Source of the DNA: a virus
IMG/VR virus record: IMGVR_UViG_3300032223_001943
Coordinates: 59,202 to 123,201 of that record
Length of the DNA stretch: 64,000 bases
Reading direction: 5' to 3' (one strand)
Positions 44,228 to 55,751 of this stretch are shown piece by piece. A model generated the notes under the pieces. That model searched no databases. It worked only from the letters and a program-made list of their open reading frames with translations, and had not been told where the DNA came from. How positions within the stretch are numbered: the stretch's first letter is position 1; each line of letters starts with the position of its first letter. The position numbers and the translations under genes were made by a program.

Positions 44228-44935
44228 TTATTTTGATATTTTTTCAATAAATTCTTTAACCCCTTCTGTCGCAGGTTTTTCAATATAAGTAATATTATAT
44301 TTGGATAATGTTTTGACTGGGTTTGGATCAATATAAAAAACTTCGCACCCTTCTTTTACATTGGATAATAATGTTAATGTATATGATATGGATAAACTTG
44401 TTCCAATGATTAATAAGATATCCGCCGTTGATATTTCCGTATATGCTTCATCAACTTGAAATGGGTATTCTTCAAACCACACAATATGTGGTCTTAACTG
44501 TGAATTTGTTTTTTCGCACTTATCACCAACTTTAATTTCATTATAACCAATATCATAAACTGTATCATAATTTGTTGTTGACCCATTGAAGAATGTTCCC
44601 CTCACTTTTGTTAATTCGCCATGAAGATGTATCACATTTGTGGCACCCGCACGTTCCAACAAATCACTAACATTTTGGGTAATATGGATAACATTAAAGT
44701 TTTCTTCCAATTGGACCAGTTGTTTGTGTGCGTCGTTTGGTTCAACATCTTTAAGTTGTGATCTTCGTTCATTATAAAAATCCAACACTTTTTCACGATT
44801 CTTCTTCCAACCGGTTGGTGTGCAGACTTCCTCAATGTTATAGTTATTCCAGGTTCCGTTATTTGTGTCCCTGAACGTCGTTATCCCCGATTCTTTATCT
44901 AAACCAGCCCCACTAAATATTGTGATCTTTTTCAT
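44228..44935 (-). CDS. cobB: Sir2/CobB-family NAD-dependent deacylase
   Basis: FSGAGLDKESGITTFR, PNDAH, TQNV, LHGEL, LRPHIVWF, IGTSL. Confidence 0.9.
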   Translation of the reverse strand: MKKITIFSGAGLDKESGITTFRDTNNGTWNNYNIEEVCTPTGWKKNREKVLDFYNERRSQLKDVEPNDAHKQLVQLEENFNVIHITQNVSDLLERAGATNVIHLHGELTKVRGTFFNGSTTNYDTVYDIGYNEIKVGDKCEKTNSQLRPHIVWFEEYPFQVDEAYTEISTADILLIIGTSLSISYTLTLLSNVKEGCEVFYIDPNPVKTLSKYNITYIEKPATEGVKEFIEKISK

Positions 44936-46508
44936 TTACTTAAAAAATAGTTTGTTTATCCAGATCCCGAGCATCACAATACTGGTTAGGATTAAAGTTA
45001 AAAACGTCATAAATAAAACATAGACAGCACCGATTAATGTTAACTCCTTAAACCCCATATCCGTTTTATCCTCAATGATAATTCTACCAATAAGGTAACA
45101 AAATAAAGTTAAACAAACAAGTACAACAATACCAGTTAAAAATCCACTTAATATTTCCATAATTTTAATCTTCCGAACATAATTTATTACCGTTAAGGTC
45201 ACAATACACAATATTTGGTTCAGGTAATAAAATACCACCTTTAACGTTGGTTTGACATTCTTTTAATTCAAGATAATCGATATTAATAATTTGTGTATCT
45301 TCCAATAATACAAACCCATACAATTCCTTAACTGGTATATTATTCACCATTTGGTTAGTGAATACACGCAAAACTCCCGCCGACTTGTTTAAGAAATAAT
45401 CGGCCAATTTTTCACCAAATAATGTATTGTGTTGTTCATTTAACCCAAAAAAATATTCCCCATCAACCTTTTTCACATCCCAAACAATATCTTCATATTT
45501 TGTTGATACAGTTAAGATTCCTCCGGTTGCCTTTTCGGTGAAACATAAGTCCAAAAATTTGGTGAACTTTTGGATATAATCTGAAGAAATTGTGGATTTT
45601 GGTCCAGAAATCACACTACTTTTACTTATTGAATTATCCATAACCTGGTCAAAACATTTCATTACCGCAGATCCCGGAATGAACTTAAATAATTTCATCG
45701 ATGGATCATATCTGAATACCATTAATTCATCCAATAAAAAATTGAGTCGATCATCCACTTCACCCATGAATTCATCTACCATTTCTTCTATTTCTTCCGG
45801 ATCAATATCAACATCAAAAATGAAATCATCAATCAATTCGGACAACTTATTGTTTTTATAAACATCCGAATCTTTTCTGGAATCCGAATAACTATAAACC
45901 TCACCCTGCGAAGCGTCAATTAAAAACTTAACATCACGATTAAGTAAATCTTCTTCCGTGAATTCTTCTTCTAATTCCAATTCATCTTCGATTGGTGATA
46001 CTGAATCTTCTTGGTAACATATATAATATGTATATTTTTTCTTCTTCATCTTATTTTTTATTTAATTCGATTAATAATAAATCAACCCCCTTAAGTGCTC
46101 GACCCAACGCTTCTTCGGGCGAACAGTGACCAGCCATTGCTGCCGCCATAAGTTGTGTTGCAATATACTCACGTTTAGTAAGTCCATTATGATATGGAAT
46201 CAAGGAATCTATAGGAAACGCTAATTTATTTCCATTTTCTAATGCCCGTTCTTCATTCATTTCGTTTGCCTTTTCTGGTGTCATCTTTTTTCGTTTAAAA
46301 GTTCATTAAATTTACCAATCAAAACCCTTCTCGTTGTTCGATATTGATTTAACCCAAAAATACTATTTTCTTCATCATTATCCAAATATTTTTCAATGAA
46401 ATAATTAAAAAATTTAATATCATCCAAAATATCCAATAATTCAATTTCATTATTCATCTTCTTCTCGTTTATTATATAAGATAATAAAAATATAGAATAA
46501 TATCAACT

Positions 46509-48131
46509 CTATGCTGATATTCGCACACATTTTGACTTGTGTGATTCTAAATTTTTACCTAAAGACCCGATAGGGTTCCTCCATCTCAATGAGGAGATAA
46601 TAGAATATAACTCACGCCAATTTGTCCATTTCTTATCAATATTCTCTCCAAGTAGATAGTTCAACTTCTCTTGATTTATTAACGATAATGATGGATATAT
46701 GCTATTACCTTTTATATATTTTATAATTCCACGTCTACCAATTTCCATTGCCGCGGCAACTGGATCCGGATAATCGTAGATTAAATTTCCAATAAAACTA
46801 GAATAACAAGGATTAACCATTATTAGATTTAATCCAATATTTTGACAATATTTTAAGATTAATTTTGATGTTAATTCTCTATGCCAAATGTTTTTTGTTA
46901 TTCTATTCGCATCTTTTGATTTGTCTTTATGGTCTGGTTTGAAATCCAGATCTTCCATAACAAAATTATAAACACGATAATGTTTAACCAAATTAAAAAT
47001 ATATTTCCACACATTCGTTATTTCGGTTTTTCGTTTATTATTTTGTTTAATTTGTTTTTTATCCGATGACGATAACTTTAATTTTGTTCCTAATCTTGAT
47101 AAATCAATAACTTCTTTATAAATTATTTTTCCAACTTGATTCTTTTTTGTTTTATCAAAAATAACAAAACCAATATATTTTGGATTTAAGTCAACTGAAA
47201 TGTAACGACCTTCAACCTTATTAAGTTTTTTTCTATTTTCAAGTTCGGTTATAAATTCTTTATATATTTCTTTTTTTTCTTCTGGAGTATCAACAAGTTT
47301 TTGTTGTTTTTTACATTCGATATTATTAAATGAAAATCCATTTAATAATTCATTATCATATCCAAATATGATATCATTATTAATAACTCTAACAGTTAAT
47401 GGTATTAACTTATCATCCGTTAATAACTGAAGTTGATTGAATAATTTTCTTTTATTTTTTGGAATGTTAACTTCAATTTCAATGGAAGTATTTCTGTTTG
47501 GTTTGAATATTACTTTATTGTTGTTAAAATCAAAAAAGAATTTTCTATTACCTTTTTCACATGCACTTCCAATAAAGTAAAACCCAATAACTCTGTTATT
47601 TTTGAATTCGGTCTTATATTTTAATAATAGTTCTTGTTTTCCCTGAATTGTTTTTTTGATAATATCAATTTCTTTTTTATCCATTATTTTTGATAATGTG
47701 ATATTTAAGGAGTTAATTTTAACATTTAATTTTGTTATTTTCCGTTGTAAAGATTTTCCTCCAAAAGTTATATTTTTTCCAATATTTCTTTTATATCTAT
47801 TGACTTTATTGATTAAATGAAATTTTCTTCGTTTTTCTTTTTTCGTTAAGAATTCTTCATTCTCTAAAATCTTCTCAATTTTTTTAATTTCATTTAACTT
47901 CTTTTCTTCACTGGTTTGATATTGATTATATTTTGTTTTAACATCTTGTTTACATATTTCATATATTGATTGATCTATATATTGATTCAATTGTTGTTCG
48001 TTAAATGAATTATCTGACAATAATTCTAGATTATTATATAATTTATAAAACAATCCGGTATAAGTGGATTGATATTTCATTAACAATTCATAATCCGAAC
48101 AATTGGTTATATGTAGTTTTTCACTTAACAT
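46509..48131 (-). CDS. tnpB: Large (540 aa) TnpB-related RuvC nuclease lacking the zinc ribbon
   Basis: ISVDLNP, VMEDL, VNPCYSSFIG, YPDPVAAAMEIGRRG. Confidence 0.85.
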   Translation of the reverse strand: MLSEKLHITNCSDYELLMKYQSTYTGLFYKLYNNLELLSDNSFNEQQLNQYIDQSIYEICKQDVKTKYNQYQTSEEKKLNEIKKIEKILENEEFLTKKEKRRKFHLINKVNRYKRNIGKNITFGGKSLQRKITKLNVKINSLNITLSKIMDKKEIDIIKKTIQGKQELLLKYKTEFKNNRVIGFYFIGSACEKGNRKFFFDFNNNKVIFKPNRNTSIEIEVNIPKNKRKLFNQLQLLTDDKLIPLTVRVINNDIIFGYDNELLNGFSFNNIECKKQQKLVDTPEEKKEIYKEFITELENRKKLNKVEGRYISVDLNPKYIGFVIFDKTKKNQVGKIIYKEVIDLSRLGTKLKLSSSDKKQIKQNNKRKTEITNVWKYIFNLVKHYRVYNFVMEDLDFKPDHKDKSKDANRITKNIWHRELTSKLILKYCQNIGLNLIMVNPCYSSFIGNLIYDYPDPVAAAMEIGRRGIIKYIKGNSIYPSLSLINQEKLNYLLGENIDKKWTNWRELYSIISSLRWRNPIGSLGKNLESHKSKCVRISA

Positions 48132-48720
48132 CCGATAGGTTAATTTCTTCTGAAGTTAATGACTCAATTATTTTTTTTCTTTTTCTACTTGAATATATTT
48201 TAGATGAAAAATGATGGATTATCGCTATCATGTCATCAATAATTTCTTGATTTTTGGTTTTGTCAATTGTGTTGTCCAAGACGATTAAATTAACATTAAA
48301 TAATTTACATAAGTGTTCAAAATCGTCAAAACCAATTCTTAATAACCTGTCCTTATATTCAATTATTATTGTATCGATATTTTTTGATATTATTTCTTTA
48401 TATAAACGTCTATATTCTTTTCTATTATAGTTTAAAGCAGAACCAATTTCAGAATATATTTCATCAACGATCAAACCTTTAGCTGAAGCAAAAGATTTTA
48501 ATCGTTCAACTTGTCTTGTTAAATTTTCTTTTTGATTTGTTGTTGAACATCTTGCGTATAATACTGTTTTACGGTTAACCATTTCCAATGGATCAACTTT
48601 ATCAATATAATCATAACGACCGGTTGGTGTTATGGTATAACTAATTTTTCCTTGTTTAACCCATCGACATAAAGTTTCTCGACAAATGTTATATTTTAAC
48701 ATGACTTCTTTCGCTTTCAT
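48121..48720 (-). CDS. tnpA: IS607 serine transposase
   Basis: MerR-like HTH, YARCST, EIGSALN, EYKDRLLRIG. Confidence 0.95.
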   Translation of the reverse strand: MKAKEVMLKYNICRETLCRWVKQGKISYTITPTGRYDYIDKVDPLEMVNRKTVLYARCSTTNQKENLTRQVERLKSFASAKGLIVDEIYSEIGSALNYNRKEYRRLYKEIISKNIDTIIIEYKDRLLRIGFDDFEHLCKLFNVNLIVLDNTIDKTKNQEIIDDMIAIIHHFSSKIYSSRKRKKIIESLTSEEINLSDVK

Positions 48721-49374
48721 ACTAATAAATATACACCATGAATGGAAAAGTTAAAGATTAAAACAAAAAAATATTGACTTTTTTATAAATAAATGTTAAT
48801 TTAATACTATTAAAATGTTAATAAACTAATATAACATGATAATCGTATGTCCCACTATTAATTTTGAATAATAAAACATTAAGATTAGAATCTTTAATAA
48901 TTTCCCTACAAAATAGTTCCACCCCACCTTTACCAGGTTCAATATTAAATTTACTTGATAAAACTTCGGTTACATGTTCCGAAATAGAATCATCGGTAAC
49001 TACCCTCAAGGTCTTATTACTATCACAACCAACATATTTTTTGAAGATCAATTCTTCCTTATCCATATATCGTTTGTCAATCACCCTTAATTGACTCAAA
49101 CCAGTTAATGATATCAATAAAAAAACCAATAAAATCTTAAAATTCATCGTAATCTGTTAATGTTAATTTAGTACCGTCCACACATCTAACTTCCACAATA
49201 TCCCCCAGTAAAGTTGGGGTAAAACATACGGTATATTGACCACCGATAGATACCGCTTTTAAGTCTTTTTCTTCCTTCCATTTCACAAACTTTTCCATTT
49301 GTTTTTTGGTTAATTGGAAGGTTATTAAATCTTTATTTTCCATAACACAAATTTAGTTATTTTCCCTTGAATAT

Positions 49375-49719
49375 TCAATATTTAACAACATGAACAATTA
49401 ATCCTAAATTGGTGGCGTTTTCAATCATATTACGAGTACCCGAACTTTTTTCATCCCAGAACGCGATCAACATATCCCCATATTCAGCCATTTGTTTATT
49501 TCTCAATGGTCCAGCCTTCCTACCAAACTTCTTCCAATCGGGGGGAAATAATTTAACATCATAGCCATTCTCCTTAGCATATCGTTCGCCTAATGAATCC
49601 GCACCCTTAGCAGTACCACTAACAATTTCCACATCAACGAAATCAATAATTTCATCACATTTTTCTTTTAATAGGGAATAATTATTAAAATCCCTTCCCC
49701 CAGCAATAACAATCTTCAT
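49375..49719 (-). CDS. SLOG superfamily YspA-like (DUF2493) protein
   Basis: VIAGGRDFNNY, IVSGTAKGADSLGE, AGPLRNKQM, AFWD..SSGT. Confidence 0.85.
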   Translation of the reverse strand: MKIVIAGGRDFNNYSLLKEKCDEIIDFVDVEIVSGTAKGADSLGERYAKENGYDVKLFPPDWKKFGRKAGPLRNKQMAEYGDMLIAFWDEKSSGTRNMIENATNLGLIVHVVKY

Positions 49720-50252
49720 AATTCTTTATCTATAACTTTATCATAAAAAAATTCGGACACATTATCAACCCCACCCATTTCAGATCTAAACCCCTCAATG
49801 GTGTTTCTTAAATGATCAATACCAATATTCTGGTAAATCCTGGGTGGAACAAACCTAACATCAATATAACCCATCTTCTGTAGTTCCCTTATCTTCCTAT
49901 GTGAAAATTCATCCGCAACAATTTCAATCTTATGTATGACACCCACAACTTCTTCAATCGATAAATTATAATCATACGCATCATACATCTTCTTAACACC
50001 ATACTTCTTATATTGATACTGGTGAGCCAATTCGTGAAACACAATAAACAACAACATATCCATACCAAACTGTATAGCTCGTTCATTGATATAAACACCA
50101 TCATGTAACGATAAACCCATCGCGTTATTCTTGAACCTTGAAAAACATATCTTCTGACAACCAGAATCAATAATTGTTTTTCTTATATGATCGGAGAATA
50201 GTTGCGTGGGGGGAAATGTTTTCTCAATTGTGTTTATAAACTTATCATTCAT
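49716..50252 (-). CDS. HExxH zincin-like protein
   Basis: VFHELAHQYQ, EIVADEF. Confidence 0.55.
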   Translation of the reverse strand: MNDKFINTIEKTFPPTQLFSDHIRKTIIDSGCQKICFSRFKNNAMGLSLHDGVYINERAIQFGMDMLLFIVFHELAHQYQYKKYGVKKMYDAYDYNLSIEEVVGVIHKIEIVADEFSHRKIRELQKMGYIDVRFVPPRIYQNIGIDHLRNTIEGFRSEMGGVDNVSEFFYDKVIDKEL

Positions 50253-50709
50253 TTCATATACTTTAGTGATAATTTAATTCGGATTTTATTAACTTCATTT
50301 TGAACCTCAAGTAAACGTTTTTCCTTTTCTTCTTCATCAATTCCGCCACCGTAAACTATATCAATATCGTTGTAATAGTTGAACATTTTAAGAAAATATT
50401 TCATTTCAGATAATTTCTTTTTTAATTTGCGACGTTCAATTCCGTGGATTAAAAATTCTGGATCATTCATTTCTTATAATTTATAAGTTATATATTCTTC
50501 CATCAATCTTTTATTGATATATTCATTTATCATTTTTGGATTTGGTTTTATTGTTAGTTCAGCATTATCCAATATTTTTCCATCCTCAATGATATCTGTT
50601 TGTTCTTCTATCCAATCCATTGTCCCTTGAATTGTTTGGATGATCGAGCTTCGCAATATCACCTCAACTTCTTTTCTTGTATATTTTTCCATTTTTTATT
50701 TATATTAAA

Positions 50710-51126
50710 TTATAGGTTGTTTCCAACGAAATTGGAATAAATTACTAAATACTCCAGAGCTGTAAGTCCCCTCAAATTATAGGTCGTTCCCAACCACTCC
50801 TCTATAATTTCTTGAATTTCAGTACGACTATAATCCATAATATCTTCAAAAAACGACCAAATTCTGTAATAATTAATGCAGTAATTACCATTTTTTGATT
50901 CCTGGTCTTCTATATAATAAAAAAATAAAGGAAGGTTATCATTATCAACGTAATAGATTTTATCATTATTTTCAATAGGTTTTAAGTTGTTAAATTGATC
51001 CAAAAATGATAATGGGTTATCAATAAACGTTTGTTTTAGAATATCTTTACCAAACATTTCAAATGATTGTACCAAACCCAGTTTTTCAACCGCATTTATA
51101 ATCTTATATTTCAATTTTTCATTCAT
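50710..51126 (-). CDS. Paralogue family A protein (tandem copy 1)
   Basis: Highly similar in DNA and protein to the neighbour 51173-51547. Confidence 0.7.
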   Translation of the reverse strand: MNEKLKYKIINAVEKLGLVQSFEMFGKDILKQTFIDNPLSFLDQFNNLKPIENNDKIYYVDNDNLPLFFYYIEDQESKNGNYCINYYRIWSFFEDIMDYSRTEIQEIIEEWLGTTYNLRGLTALEYLVIYSNFVGNNL

Positions 51127-51172
51127 TTTTTATTTATATTAAATTATAGGTAGTTCCCAACTTTTTACGATT

Positions 51173-51547
51173 TCACATTAGACCACATTTTGGTGTAAAT
51201 CCCCTCAAATTATAGGTCGTTCCTAACCACTCCTTCATAATTTCTTTAATTTCAGTATAGCTATAACCCATAACCCCCGAAAAAAATGACCAAATCCTGT
51301 AATGATTTATCCAGTATATTTCCTGTTCTTCTTTATAATAATAAAATAAAGGAAGGTTATCATTATCTGCGTAGTAAATTTTATCATCCAATTCAACTGG
51401 TTTTAAGTTGTTAAATTGATCTAAAAATGATAATGGGTTATTAATATAAACTTGTTTTAGGATATCTTTACCGAATATTTCTAAAGATTGTGTTAATCCC
51501 AATTTTTCAACCGCCGACCTAATCTTATATATCCACTTTTCTTCCAT
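51173..51547 (-). CDS. Paralogue family A protein (tandem copy 2)
   Basis: Start moved to MEEKW; TATATTTG motif upstream. Confidence 0.7.
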   Translation of the reverse strand: MEEKWIYKIRSAVEKLGLTQSLEIFGKDILKQVYINNPLSFLDQFNNLKPVELDDKIYYADNDNLPLFYYYKEEQEIYWINHYRIWSFFSGVMGYSYTEIKEIMKEWLGTTYNLRGFTPKCGLM

Positions 51548-51891
51548 AACACAAATATAATAAAAAAACCCCAAACTTATAAGAATGGGGTTTTTTTTAA
51601 TTAGAAATTTTTAATCTTGGTCACCTTCAATATATTTCTTAACTTCATGTGCGGCATTAAGAATATTACTTAATAAACCATTTCGATTTTTCTTTTCAAG
51701 GTATTTTTCCAGGTGAGCATGCGCAATCATTAAATGATCCAATGTTGCGTGGATATGATTATCATACATAATTTCCATATCCCTATTTAATCTGTAGTTT
51801 TTTGAACCTTTTGGGTTATTCATTAACTTATTCAATCTAGCTTTATTCATGATTATAAATATTATAAATAATTATATTGGTTAAATTTCAA

Positions 51892-52215
51892 TTATTCAAT
51901 CTTTTTTTCAACATATATACAAGATTCTCCACCATTAAATCCTTTTTCAATTAATAAAGGTAAACTGGATTCCTTACACCAAGCATAAACAAGATATCCT
52001 TTATAATGTTCGTTAACGTATTCCCACCTTTTGTCCCATAACTGTCTGAAGATCCCTTTACGTCTATGATTTTCATCCACCCACGCATCCAGGAATTTAA
52101 TTCTATTATCATTTTCAATTTTCATGAAGATGTGACCAACAACGTCATTATCATTTGTCGCAATCCAGGATTCAATATCTTGTGAATTTGTTTTAAGATG
52201 AAATATTTTAATCAT
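51892..52215 (-). CDS. GNAT-family acetyltransferase
   Basis: AWVDENHRRKGIFRQL acetyl-CoA motif A; LIEKGF. Confidence 0.8.
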   Translation of the reverse strand: MIKIFHLKTNSQDIESWIATNDNDVVGHIFMKIENDNRIKFLDAWVDENHRRKGIFRQLWDKRWEYVNEHYKGYLVYAWCKESSLPLLIEKGFNGGESCIYVEKKIE

Positions 52216-52749
52216 TTATTTTTAACCTTTACAAAAGTAAATAGTTATCTTAATTAAAATAATCCTTATCAATATTATAAATTTCACATAATTCTTCGGT
52301 GGTTAGTTCATTGAACTGTTCCGAGGTTAACTGGTGATGGAAATAATTATCAATAAACCAAAAACATCTTCTTCTGGCGTGATTAATCGCCTTATCAAGA
52401 TTGAAGTTGGATATTACCTGGATTTTCATTTTGATTATAATTATATATCCAAATATAATAAAATAAATTGAATTAAAAAATAAAAAACCCCCTGGATATA
52501 AAAAGTGGGGTTAATTAACCTTATTTCTTTTTTATGATAACGTCAAGTTTAACTCCTATGAATATAGATGATACCTAACTTAAATTTTTATATAAATGGG
52601 ACTATTTATATAAAAAGAAGATTATGAATAAAACAACAATTTATGGATTATATTCAACTAGGGATAATACAATCCGCTATATCGGTAAAGCTAATGACCC
52701 TAAAAATAGATTAAGATCGCACGTATGGTCAAGTCAAGCTAGAGTAGAT

Positions 52750-52850
52750 GATAGTTATTCAAAATCTTAACAAATGTTAAAATTCCGAATTTGGACTTTT
52801 TCAAACCTTAATAGGTTTGAAGTCCTTAGCGGAACTATGGCCGCGTTGAT
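52750..52850 (-). ncRNA. Probable TnpB omega-RNA scaffold, 3' part (right end of element 3)
   Basis: Minus-strand hairpins GGACT-TCAAACCT/AGGTTTGA-AGTCC and ATTCGGAATTTTAAC/GTTAAGATTTTGAAT overlapping the tnpB 3' end. Confidence 0.55.
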
Positions 52851-54180
52851 CTCTCCAAACATTATTCAATTCAGTTAATGATTGGAGGATTTCACTTTTT
52901 GATTTATTATTATACCCAGAACTTCTAGATATATGATTTCTTGACGCATTAACATCGGCATTTATTTTTAAACCACAACATTTACACACAAATTCAGATT
53001 GAGTTTTACGATTTTTCTTATCCGTATAATGACAATTTGAACATTCTTGTGACGTATACGCTGGGTTTTTTTCTTTTGTTATAATTAATTTACATTCACT
53101 TAAACTAGATAACTTATTACGTATCACATTTTTCCCAAAATTATTTAATAAACGATTGTTTACTTTACCGATATTTTGACCTCTAAAATCCAATTTTTCA
53201 ACATGGATTTCACTTGGTTTATATCGTTTAACCAATTTATTTAATACTCGGTTAATTTCATTTTTAATAAAACTTTTTAATTTTTTATTTAATTTAACGT
53301 ATCGTTTTGAATTACTTGGTTTAATATTTTGTTTTTGTAGATTAACCATTAATTTGGTTATAATCTTATCCATATTTTTAATATAATTCATCGCTTTTTT
53401 ACCCAACAAATCACCATGATTTGTTGCGAATAAATTAACCAAACCAACATCCAAACCTAAAATTGATAATTTGTTAGCAACATAACTTTTATCAACATCA
53501 ATTGATTTTATTAATGAAAATGTTAATGTATTATTTTTTTTATTAATCTGGATTGAATTTTTAATTATACCTTCTTGAGAATTAAAGAAATCATTAGTTG
53601 TCAACGGAATCATTACCGGTTTACCTTTAACCAATGTTGAAATTTTTAACCAATAATTAAAAGTAGTCGTCCCATCACTAGGGATAATCTGAACAACTTT
53701 ACCGTCTAACGATAAATTAATTGACTTATATTTTGGTTTGTTTTTTGTTAATTTTTTGAATATGTGTCTAGCTAAACGTAATATTTCCGGTTCGATTGGA
53801 TTTTTCTTCATGATAACCTCCTTATCAAACCATTTTTTGTATTTATTTATATATAATAATTTTAGTCTAACATCTTCTTCAATTGATGAATTTATTACTT
53901 TATCAACAAATCTTAATTTTACATTGGAAATATATGAATCTAACATCCCAACAACTTGATATTGACAAGTTTGTTTATAACGTTCAGATAAATTTATTGG
54001 TAAATCTGTTATTTTTAAGTTTTTATTAAATTTCGTTCCATTTTTATAAAACAATTCCCATTGTTTATTGGAAATTTGTTTTGCTGAAATTCTATACATA
54101 TCAACAACGTCCATTAACAAATCAAGTTTATTTTGATTTGAATGGTTTTTTAATTGATATGATCTAAATATTTCAGTCAT
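52801..54180 (-). CDS. tnpB: TnpB nuclease, canonical RuvC with zinc ribbon
   Basis: GLDVG, HVEKL, NPAYTSQECSNC..CKCC..NADVNAS. Confidence 0.95.
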   Translation of the reverse strand: MTEIFRSYQLKNHSNQNKLDLLMDVVDMYRISAKQISNKQWELFYKNGTKFNKNLKITDLPINLSERYKQTCQYQVVGMLDSYISNVKLRFVDKVINSSIEEDVRLKLLYINKYKKWFDKEVIMKKNPIEPEILRLARHIFKKLTKNKPKYKSINLSLDGKVVQIIPSDGTTTFNYWLKISTLVKGKPVMIPLTTNDFFNSQEGIIKNSIQINKKNNTLTFSLIKSIDVDKSYVANKLSILGLDVGLVNLFATNHGDLLGKKAMNYIKNMDKIITKLMVNLQKQNIKPSNSKRYVKLNKKLKSFIKNEINRVLNKLVKRYKPSEIHVEKLDFRGQNIGKVNNRLLNNFGKNVIRNKLSSLSECKLIITKEKNPAYTSQECSNCHYTDKKNRKTQSEFVCKCCGLKINADVNASRNHISRSSGYNNKSKSEILQSLTELNNVWRDQRGHSSAKDFKPIKV

Positions 54181-54760
54181 TGGTTGTTAATTCTTTAATA
54201 ATTTGTTCAGTTCTTCTTTTATTTCTTCTTAACCCATACAATCTTGAACAAAACGAAGTTATTATTGATACGAAATCTGTCATTAAATCCTCTTTTTCAT
54301 TCAAACATTCATTAATAACTTCAATCTTCTTATTTTGTTTGTTCAATAATAATTCAAGATAATTTAATCCGAATCTAGCAAGACGATCTTTATGTTCAAC
54401 AATAATGACGTCCCAATTATCATCTTTTAATATTTCCGCTAATTTTGGTCTTTTATCGTTTAACCCTGAACCGATTTCCTTTATTTCTTTTGTTATTGTA
54501 TAACCTTTAGCAACAGCAAAACTACGTAAACGATCCAACTGTGTGTCCAGATTAGTTTTATTTTCAGAAGAAGATACTCTAGTATATAAAACAACTCTAG
54601 TATTTTTTGTTATATTTTCATTCCCTTCTTCCTCAATATCAATTAATATTGTACCAGTCTTAAGTTTAATACCTTTAATTAAACCATTATTGAAATACCT
54701 ATATGCACTCATATAGGATATTCCATTCATTTTTGCGTATTTGGATAATTTAACTCTCAT
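54173..54760 (-). CDS. tnpA: IS607 serine transposase
   Basis: YTRVSS, EIGSGLN, EHKDRLARFG. Confidence 0.95.
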   Translation of the reverse strand: MRVKLSKYAKMNGISYMSAYRYFNNGLIKGIKLKTGTILIDIEEEGNENITKNTRVVLYTRVSSSENKTNLDTQLDRLRSFAVAKGYTITKEIKEIGSGLNDKRPKLAEILKDDNWDVIIVEHKDRLARFGLNYLELLLNKQNKKIEVINECLNEKEDLMTDFVSIITSFCSRLYGLRRNKRRTEQIIKELTTND

Positions 54761-55751
54761 CTAATAATAAATATAACAAAACATTAAAAAAGTTGTAGTA
54801 TTTGAAAAAAAAATAATATATTTGTTAATAAATTATATTGTTAGATATAGATACCTACAAATCATGTTGGATTAGAAAAGAATTAAATGATGGATTCAAA
54901 ATAGAATACCAAATATTAGAAGTGTGTGATATCAATGAATGGCCAATTAAAGAACAAGAACATATTAAGAAATTTGAAAACTTAACAAACCATCATAAGG
55001 GGGGATTAGGTGGTTCACCTTTGAAGTATAATAAATCATATCCCGAATTAAAAGAATGGGTTAACAATAACCTACCTAAAGAAATAACATCACATAAAAA
55101 ATGGAGGGAATATATAAAATCAAATCATTATGGGGTAATACCAGTAAATCCCAATAAAGTTTATAAAAATGATGGATGGACTTGTTGGGCGGATTTTCTA
55201 AATACCACTTTTCATCGGGATATTGATTATGTTAGCTATGACGAATTTAGGGAGTGGGTTATTAATAATGTAAAAAACCATAAAGAGTTTATGACAATAA
55301 AAAAACCATATGGTATAACCACACGTCCTGAAAAAATATACAATGACGTTTGGATAGGTTGGATTGGTATATTTAAGAACGCTTTTTTACATAATAAAGA
55401 TTTATATTGGGATTATAATACCTGTAAAAAATACTTAAACGACAATTATGGTGATATGACGTTGGAACGTTTCAAAAAATTATGTAAAAATAACGAATTA
55501 CCTTATCATATCCCTAAAAAACCTGAAAGAGTATACCCAAATTTTAACTATAAAGAATTCTTAAATTTGAATTATATACCATATTTGGACTATGAAAAAG
55601 CCAAAGAAATTGTCCATACTTTTAATATCAAAACAAATAAAGATTGGAGAATCTTCCTTAAAGAAGATAAATTACCTCCAAATATACCTAAATCCCCAGA
55701 ATCAGTATATAAAAATGAATGGGTGAGTTGGTATGAATGGTTGGGAAATAA

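Larger units (their letters stand above)
46509..48810 (-). mobile_element. IS607-family element 2 (ends approximate)
   Basis: Overlapping tnpA+tnpB; CTAT at 46509-12 and 48807-10 is a candidate shared core. Confidence 0.8.
52750..54846 (-). mobile_element. IS607-family element 3
   Basis: tnpA+tnpB; TAGAT at both junctions (52745-49, 54842-46). Confidence 0.9.

Noticed and set aside
50710-51547. Diversity-generating retroelement template/variable repeat pair
   Set aside because: Differences are not confined to adenines, both copies are whole genes, and no reverse transcriptase is in the window
52750-54846. IStron (group I intron carrying IS607) that would splice out of the GIY-YIG mRNA
   Set aside because: The element is antisense to the host gene, and its non-coding ends (~50 and ~85 bp) are too short for a group I core
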